A stretch of DNA of 64,000 nt from Alistipes sp. GTDB taxonomy: Bacteria > Bacteroidota > Bacteroidia > Bacteroidales > Rikenellaceae. The notes under the pieces were generated by a model. The model did not search any database and was not told the origin of the DNA. It worked only from the letters and a program-made list of their open reading frames with translations. Below are positions 57,928-64,000 of this stretch, in pieces. The stretch is from NCBI GenBank assembly GCA_045654285.1, contig JAZONC010000019.1, positions 46,602-110,601 of the forward strand, read 5' to 3'. Each line of letters starts with the position of its first letter. Position 1 is the stretch's first letter. The translations under genes and the position numbers were made by a program.

Positions 57928-59346
57928 ATGAAGAAATTCAACCTTTTAACACTTCTCTGCGCTATCCTTTTAGCAGGTGTAATGCAGAGTTGTAGCGATG
58001 CTTCATCATCAATCGCTGGCGACAACTACTCGTTCCAGGATGGAATGATTGTTTTCGACGAGCCCGTCCGCGCTGAGGGTCAGCAGTCAATGTTGGGATT
58101 TGCCGCAGAGCCAATTCCTGTGATACGCGTAGGTTTCATCGGTTTAGGTATGCGTGGCCCTGGTGCTGTGAATCGTTTCACTCACCTCGAGGGTGTCGAG
58201 ATTAAAGGTCTGTGCGACTTGGAGCAAAGCAATGTAGATAAGTGTCAGGGTATTCTCGCTCAGGCCAATATGCCCAAGGCCGAGAGCTATGTAGGTCCCG
58301 AGGCCTACAAGCAGCTCTGCGAGCGCGACGACATCGACCTTATTTATATTGCTACCGACTGGGTAAACCATACCCCCATTGCTGTTTATGCTATGGAGCA
58401 CGGCAAGCACGTGGCTATCGAGGTTCCCGCAGCTACCTCAATTGCCGAGTGCTGGCAGTTGGTTGATACCTCGGAGCGCACACGCCGCCACTGTATGATG
58501 CTTGAGAACTGCGTCTATGACTTCTTCGAGCTCACCAGCCTCAATATGGCACAGCAGGGTTTGTTTGGTGAGATTCTCCACGCCGAGGGTGCATATATCC
58601 ACAACCTCTCTGATTATTGGAACGACTACTATGGAAACTGGCGTTTGGACTTCAACCAGAAGCACCGTGGCGATGTATATGCAACACACGGCTTTGGTCC
58701 CGTTTGCCAGGCATTGAACATTCACCGAGGCAACAAACTCAACTACTTGGTTTGTATGGATACCAAGTCGGTTAATGGCTTGGAGTGGGCACAGAAGAAG
58801 ATGGGCTCTACCGAGTTTGCCAATGGCGACCACACCAACACCTTGATTAAGACCGAGCAGGGTCAGACAATCGAGTTGCAGCACAATGTTTACACTCCGC
58901 GTCCTTACAACCGCTTGTATCAGCTCACCGGCACAAAGGGTTTTGCAAACAAGTACCCCATCACTGGCTTTACATTTATGCCTGGTCAGATTCCCGACGG
59001 TGTATTGCCCGAGGGTACTACGCTCAACCCCCACAACTTCGTTTCTAACGAGGTGAAGGAGGCATTGCTTGCAGCATACAAGCACCCCATCCACCAGGAG
59101 ATTGAGGAGAAGGCAAAGACCGTAGGTGGCCACGGCGGTATGGACTTCGTGATGGATTACCGTTTGGTTTACTGCTTGCACAATGGTCTTCCGTTGGATC
59201 AGGATGTATACGACGCAGCCGAGTGGTCTTGCATTGGCGAGTTGTCAGCAACATCGGCTAAGCACAACAGTATGCCCGTTGCAGTTCCTGACTTTACTCG
59301 TGGCGAGTGGAACAAGTTGCAGGGTGTTAAGTTCCACACAAAGTAA
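57928..59346 (+). CDS. Gfo/Idh/MocA family lipoprotein, GH109 (alpha-N-acetylgalactosaminidase-like)
   Basis: GFIGLGMRG, GKHVAIEVP, MMLENCVY, YATHG, GGHGGMDF, PDFTRGEW. Confidence 0.88.
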   Translation: MKKFNLLTLLCAILLAGVMQSCSDASSSIAGDNYSFQDGMIVFDEPVRAEGQQSMLGFAAEPIPVIRVGFIGLGMRGPGAVNRFTHLEGVEIKGLCDLEQSNVDKCQGILAQANMPKAESYVGPEAYKQLCERDDIDLIYIATDWVNHTPIAVYAMEHGKHVAIEVPAATSIAECWQLVDTSERTRRHCMMLENCVYDFFELTSLNMAQQGLFGEILHAEGAYIHNLSDYWNDYYGNWRLDFNQKHRGDVYATHGFGPVCQALNIHRGNKLNYLVCMDTKSVNGLEWAQKKMGSTEFANGDHTNTLIKTEQGQTIELQHNVYTPRPYNRLYQLTGTKGFANKYPITGFTFMPGQIPDGVLPEGTTLNPHNFVSNEVKEALLAAYKHPIHQEIEEKAKTVGGHGGMDFVMDYRLVYCLHNGLPLDQDVYDAAEWSCIGELSATSAKHNSMPVAVPDFTRGEWNKLQGVKFHTK

Positions 59347-59366
59347 CAGAACTCTCCTTTTAGATA

Positions 59367-59400
59367 AAAATAGGGTGTCCTCGAATGGACACCCTATTTT
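59367..59400. terminator. Bidirectional terminator
   Basis: AAAATAGGGTGTCC-TCGAAT-GGACACCCTATTTT. Confidence 0.8.
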
Positions 59401-59830
59401 ATTTTGTGCGAGGAAGCGGAAACGACAACACATTGGCATCAAGCGAATGCTCGGCAGGATAGGGCGAAAGAGGCGAAGCCTGTCCCGTAGAGAATGTGAT
59501 ACCCCATATCGTAACAGATCGTCGATATACATCCCAGAAGGGAATCTTGTAATCAAACGGCACGGGCGCATAGTGCCTCGATGAGTGTGGAAATGAATCC
59601 GACATAGAGTGCAGATATGGCTGTAGGTTTGGCTTACGATGTATCAGCGAATCGATGAGCATATCGCTCGGCGAGGGCAACACGGGAATCTTATTGATCT
59701 CATACCACAATGTATCGCCACTGCGCCAGTAGCGTGGCTCCTGTGCTGAAGCCGACGGCGGGTCGTGGCGCAAAAAAAATACCGCACCAAGGGCGGCAAG
59801 AGCGATGATTGAGAGAATAATATATTTCAC
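59399..59830 (-). CDS. Hypothetical protein with N-terminal signal/anchor
   Basis: GTG start 10 nt after recO; MKYIILSIIALAALGAVFFL; ends at the terminator. Confidence 0.5.
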   Translation of the reverse strand: MKYIILSIIALAALGAVFFLRHDPPSASAQEPRYWRSGDTLWYEINKIPVLPSPSDMLIDSLIHRKPNLQPYLHSMSDSFPHSSRHYAPVPFDYKIPFWDVYRRSVTIWGITFSTGQASPLSPYPAEHSLDANVLSFPLPRTK

Positions 59831-59840
59831 TTCCTACTAT

Positions 59841-60578
59841 CTAAAAAACCTCTTGCAATATTCTAATCGATTGCACGGAGTTGATAGTATCGAGATGATA
59901 TGAGTAGTAGGCCAACAATGCGGCCAAGAAATCTACACGCTGATGGCGATTTAGACCTATCTCACCCAAATAACGCACATCACACTCCAGCATATCGCGT
60001 AGAATGAGGGCATTCTCCTGCGAGATGCGATATTCACGCGGGGGACACTCCATAGTATAGAGTCCTTCGGCTATGTTAAACCACGCCTCAGGCATATACT
60101 CGTTACCGGGCGAAAAACCCAAGAAACGGCACAGATGCGACAAGAACCATAGATGGAAATTTGCCACTCCCTCCTCGGCCGCATCCAAAGCCTCAACCGA
60201 ACCCCACACGAAATCAAAGAGCATCTCATTTGCCTCACTCTCCTTCACCAGACGGTACAAAACCTCTGCCATAAAGAGTGCTATTGTAGATTTTTTTACA
60301 TCAAAGGGTATTGATTGCAGTACCACACCCGCCTGTACCGATCCAAAGCGGTGCATCTGCATTCGCGAGGACTCTAAGCCCTCGAACTCAAGAGCAAACA
60401 TAGGCTGAAAGAGCGCCATCTTCTGCCCTGCACGGCGCGAGCCTAAGCCCTGCACCATATAGCTCTGACGACCGTGCGACGAGGTGAGCATATGCACAAC
60501 GAGACCTCGATCACCATATTTTAGGGTACCGAGGACCACGCCGCGCGCAGTGTATCTCTTCATCGACGGCGAGGCCAT
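59841..60578 (-). CDS. recO: DNA repair protein RecO
   Basis: GVVLGTLKYGD, GRQSYMVQG, IALFMAEVL, NFHLWFL, LGFSP. Confidence 0.9.
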   Translation of the reverse strand: MASPSMKRYTARGVVLGTLKYGDRGLVVHMLTSSHGRQSYMVQGLGSRRAGQKMALFQPMFALEFEGLESSRMQMHRFGSVQAGVVLQSIPFDVKKSTIALFMAEVLYRLVKESEANEMLFDFVWGSVEALDAAEEGVANFHLWFLSHLCRFLGFSPGNEYMPEAWFNIAEGLYTMECPPREYRISQENALILRDMLECDVRYLGEIGLNRHQRVDFLAALLAYYSYHLDTINSVQSIRILQEVF

Positions 60579-60580
60579 AG

Positions 60581-62065
60581 CTACTCAGCCTCCTGCCAAT
60601 CGCCATTGGCCTTTATCAGAGCAATAAGATGGTCGATAGCCTCCTCTTGCGGGATATTCTTCTCGACAATCTCGCGCCCCTTATACAAGGTAATGCGACC
60701 TGCCGCAGCTCCGACATAACCATAATCGGCATCGGCCATCTCGCCTGGGCCATTAACGATACAACCCATAATACCTATCTTGAGGTTCTTCAGGTGTGAG
60801 GTGCGGCTCTTAATATCGGCCAGAGTCTTCTCAATGTCGTACAATGTACGGCCACAGCTCGGGCAGGCAATATACTCGGTATGTGAGAAACGAACACGGG
60901 CCGCCTGAAGGATCATAAGCTCGATGTCGCGAATCTGCGCCTGATCAATCTGCGGAGCGTCAATCCATATTCCGTCGGCCAAGCCATCGAGGAACAACAC
61001 GCCCAAATCGGCTGCCGCCTTGAGCGCAACGACCTCGGCATCGGCATCCTCGTAGCGGCGCTTAACCACCACGGGGCACTTGTCGTCCATATTGAGTATA
61101 GCAGCACGCAGCTCAGCTGTAGGGTTGGCGCTAACAGCTTCCACGATGCTGAACTCGTCGGTAATCTCATCGTGCACAATAGGCTGCAACACATTCGAAC
61201 GACGCACATATTCTGTGGGATGGTAACGCTCTGGATGCGCAACTACAAACTCGCCTCCGCGCTCGACGAAATAATCGACAAGCATATTTGCCACTGGCAC
61301 CTCGTTCTCGGGCGCCTCGGTGAGCGACACGCGAATCGTATCGCCAATACCATCGGCAAGCAGTGCTCCGATACCAACGGCGCTCTTCACTCTTCCCTCG
61401 ATACCATTACCTGCCTCCGTTACGCCCAAATGCACGGGATAGGTCATTCCTTCGCGCTCCATAGCCTCTACCAACAAACGGTAAGCCTGCACCATAACGC
61501 GCGTGTTGCTCGACTTCATCGACACAACCACCTGATCGAACTCCTCCTTGCGGCATACGCGCAAGAACTCCATAGCAGATACGACCATACCCTGAGGGGT
61601 ATCGCCCCATTCATCAAAAATACGCTTTGCCAATGAGCCGTGATTAACACCGATACGCAAAGCAACTCCTCGCTCACGACACTGCGCGATAAGAGCCTCC
61701 AACTCGCCATTCGAAGTGCGATAATTACCGGGATTGATTCTAACCTTATCGACATAGCGTGCGGCAATCGAGGCTACCTCGGGCACGAAGTGAATATCGG
61801 CAACGATAGCCGTGTTGTAGCCATCCTCGCGCAACTGCGCCACGATATTCTCCAGATTCTCGCCCTCCTTCCTACCCTGCGCCGTGAGGCGAACAATGCC
61901 AGCACCGGCATCGGCTATGCGCTTGGTCTGCGCAACACTCAGCGCCGTATCAGCCGTGGGAGTGTTAGTCATCGACTGCACAGCAATAGGATAGTCCGAT
62001 CCGATACATACCTCGCCGATGCGTACTTCGTGCGCCTTGCGACGCGTATATTTTGAGAGATTCAT
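60581..62065 (-). CDS. ispG: (E)-4-hydroxy-3-methylbut-2-enyl-diphosphate synthase
   Basis: VQSMTNT, VADIHF, RINPGN, RIGVNHGSL, HLGVTEAG, GDTIRVSLT, CPSCGR, MGCIVNGPGE. Confidence 0.95.
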   Translation of the reverse strand: MNLSKYTRRKAHEVRIGEVCIGSDYPIAVQSMTNTPTADTALSVAQTKRIADAGAGIVRLTAQGRKEGENLENIVAQLREDGYNTAIVADIHFVPEVASIAARYVDKVRINPGNYRTSNGELEALIAQCRERGVALRIGVNHGSLAKRIFDEWGDTPQGMVVSAMEFLRVCRKEEFDQVVVSMKSSNTRVMVQAYRLLVEAMEREGMTYPVHLGVTEAGNGIEGRVKSAVGIGALLADGIGDTIRVSLTEAPENEVPVANMLVDYFVERGGEFVVAHPERYHPTEYVRRSNVLQPIVHDEITDEFSIVEAVSANPTAELRAAILNMDDKCPVVVKRRYEDADAEVVALKAAADLGVLFLDGLADGIWIDAPQIDQAQIRDIELMILQAARVRFSHTEYIACPSCGRTLYDIEKTLADIKSRTSHLKNLKIGIMGCIVNGPGEMADADYGYVGAAAGRITLYKGREIVEKNIPQEEAIDHLIALIKANGDWQEAE

Positions 62066-62107
62066 TTGCCTTGAATTTTGTTCGAAAATTATTCTTTATT
62101 TCAATGG

Positions 62108-63394
62108 CTAACACTTGCCTGTCATAATATCTAGAATAAGCGTATCGGTTGCATTCATACCCTCACGACCAATGGTTGTGAGATTGCGTATCGAACGGTC
62201 GACATCCTCGTCGATAATACCCTCCAACTTCGACACACAACGATGCTCCATAGCCATCATTGCCGACAGCACAGCGGTAGATACACCGCTGGCAAGTTTC
62301 ATCGCACAGCTTGGCTTAGCGCCATCGCATATCATACCCGTAAGGTTGGCAATCATATTCTTAACAGCCATCGCAATCTCCTCGTAGCCTCCACCCATAA
62401 GATAGGTAATACCACAACTCGAACCCGAAGCCGCCACTACACATCCGCAGAGTGCCGACAAACGACCCAGGCTCTGCTTGATGTAGATAACGGTCAGATG
62501 GCTGAGCGTAAGGGCACGAATCATCTGCTCCTCAGAAGCACCGCACTCCTCACCATAAACGACAACGGGCAATGTGGCAGTAATACCCTGATTACCACTA
62601 CCCGAGTTACTCATAACGGGCACCATAGCGCCACCCATACGAGCATCGCAAGCCGAAGCTGTATAAGAAAGAATACGAGTAAAGATGCTATCGCCCAACA
62701 CTTGCAACTCGCGGCTCCCTCGCAGAGTCTTACCGAGCGAATGGCCATAATCGACGGCAAATGCGCTCTCGGCGGCAGCCTTATTCAGGCGCTTTGATTC
62801 GAGGATAAACTCAATCTCCTCAATGGGAGTAGTAGTTGCAAAATCGAATACACTACGCAACGAGAGTGCCACATCATCGCTCTGCTCGCTTTTTGAGCCT
62901 ACGGTGCGATAATCCTCAAGAATCTCATCGTCTCGCTGCAACAGCACAAACGAGGTATGCCCACCCGCAATGATGGCTACGGCACGATGACCAGCCGCAG
63001 AGACCTCTACCTCGATATATAACTTCTCCTCGATACCCTCTTTGACATCGATTGCGATGCGCTTCTCGTCGATATAGAGTCGTCCCTGCTCTACGGCCTC
63101 GGGTGTAGAATCTTTGAGTACCTCCAGACCATACTCCGAACGGCCAACAAGCGCTCCGAGCGCAATGGCTATAGGCAAACCAATCATTCCCGTGCCAGGG
63201 ATTCCGACACCCATAGCATTTTTAAGGATATTGGCACTCAAGTACACAGAAATATGTTCGGGCTTAGTACCCAACAGTTCAGTAGCACGCGCCACACACA
63301 ACGATACGGCAACAGGCTCGGTGCAACCAATGGCGGGCACCACCTCGCGTTTTATGAGGGCTATGATAGCCTCTCTTTCGGCAGTAGAAAACAT
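62108..63394 (-). CDS. L-cysteine desulfidase / serine dehydratase alpha family (UPF0597, YhaM/CyuA-like)
   Basis: PAIGCTEP, KNAMGVGIPG, DARMGG, SGSGNQG, LSALCG, GMICDGAKPSCA. Confidence 0.88.
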   Translation of the reverse strand: MFSTAEREAIIALIKREVVPAIGCTEPVAVSLCVARATELLGTKPEHISVYLSANILKNAMGVGIPGTGMIGLPIAIALGALVGRSEYGLEVLKDSTPEAVEQGRLYIDEKRIAIDVKEGIEEKLYIEVEVSAAGHRAVAIIAGGHTSFVLLQRDDEILEDYRTVGSKSEQSDDVALSLRSVFDFATTTPIEEIEFILESKRLNKAAAESAFAVDYGHSLGKTLRGSRELQVLGDSIFTRILSYTASACDARMGGAMVPVMSNSGSGNQGITATLPVVVYGEECGASEEQMIRALTLSHLTVIYIKQSLGRLSALCGCVVAASGSSCGITYLMGGGYEEIAMAVKNMIANLTGMICDGAKPSCAMKLASGVSTAVLSAMMAMEHRCVSKLEGIIDEDVDRSIRNLTTIGREGMNATDTLILDIMTGKC

Positions 63395-63484
63395 AATTTA
63401 GATTCAATTTTGCACAAAATTACAAACTGTCGTGCATTATCGCAATTTTTCTCCTTATTTTCCCTCACCAAAGAGCAAAAAAAC

Positions 63485-63514
63485 AAGGGATGTATCCGCG
63501 AAAATACATCCCTT
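63485..63514 (-). terminator. Terminator after the acyl-CoA synthetase gene
   Basis: AAGGGATGTAT...ATACATCCCTT; A-run at 63477-63483 is the U-tract on the minus strand. Confidence 0.7.
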
Positions 63515-63537
63515 TCCAAAATAACTATATGCTACAA

Positions 63538-64000
63538 TTAATTATAAAGGAATCTCTTGATAGACTGCTTAGGTGTATGCTCAAAGCCTTGTTCGATAAC
63601 CTCAATCTTTGCGATCTTGCTATATGTAGGCAATGACTTGTTGAGCAACAGACGATTCTGCTCGAGAGCCTCCAGCAACTCCTCCGTTACGCCCGCGTTC
63701 TGATCATCGGCAGTAAGCGCAACCAATGCAACCAAACCACCCTTACGCTCAACGACCAACGACTCACCTACGCGAGGCATAGAGTTGAGTTTACTCTCGA
63801 TCTCCTCGGGGTAGATATTCTGACCATTGGGGCTTAGGATCATACACTTACTACGACCCTTGATGAAGATATTACCCTCGCTATCGATAATACCCAAATC
63901 GCCCGTGCGCAGATAACCATCCTCGGTGAAAGTAGCGGCAGTTGCCTCGGGATTCTTAAAGTAGCCCTGCATCACATTCTCGCCACATACCTGAATCTCA
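63538..64000 (-). CDS. Long-chain acyl-CoA synthetase, 3' part (5' end beyond the window)
   Basis: GENVMQGYFKNPEAT, LRTGDLG, IKGRSK, GQNIYPEEIE, TPKQSIKR. Confidence 0.9.
   Translation of the reverse strand, partial: EIQVCGENVMQGYFKNPEATAATFTEDGYLRTGDLGIIDSEGNIFIKGRSKCMILSPNGQNIYPEEIESKLNSMPRVGESLVVERKGGLVALVALTADDQNAGVTEELLEALEQNRLLLNKSLPTYSKIAKIEVIEQGFEHTPKQSIKRFLYN

Overview
A 64-kb stretch of core chromosome from a Bacteroidota (Bacteroidales, Alistipes/Rikenellaceae-like) genome, judged from its TTTG-N19-21-TAnnTTTG promoters and gene content. Most genes are housekeeping: gyrB, mutS, recD-like, rsmD, ybaK, the complete his operon with a His-codon attenuator, galM, gltX, ychF, lysA, rsmI, waaA, acpP-fabF-rnc, radC, glyQS, ruvX, def, recO and ispG. 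Five tRNA genes are present (Asp, Met and all three Pro isoacceptors). I saw no transposase, integrase, phage gene or CRISPR array. The most unusual signal is non-coding. Two different tRNA-Pro genes about 22 kb apart (GGG at 18.0 kb, CGG at 40.2 kb) are each followed by a 216-229 bp unit that re-duplicates the gene's own T-loop/3' end plus terminator. Both units share an ordered set of hairpins, including a stem with a compensatory base-pair change and GAA-loop mini-hairpins on the antisense strand. This suggests a small tRNA-targeting non-autonomous element family. Other items of note are a tetraheme NapC/NirT cytochrome fused to a cysteine-less FGE-like domain upstream of a Tat-type lipoprotein, an RNase III with a long charge-patterned tail, a ~110-nt nested hairpin after ychF, and a BACON lipoprotein with 11 acidic repeats paired with a secreted nuclease-family protein. 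All calls come from reading the sequence; no searches were run.
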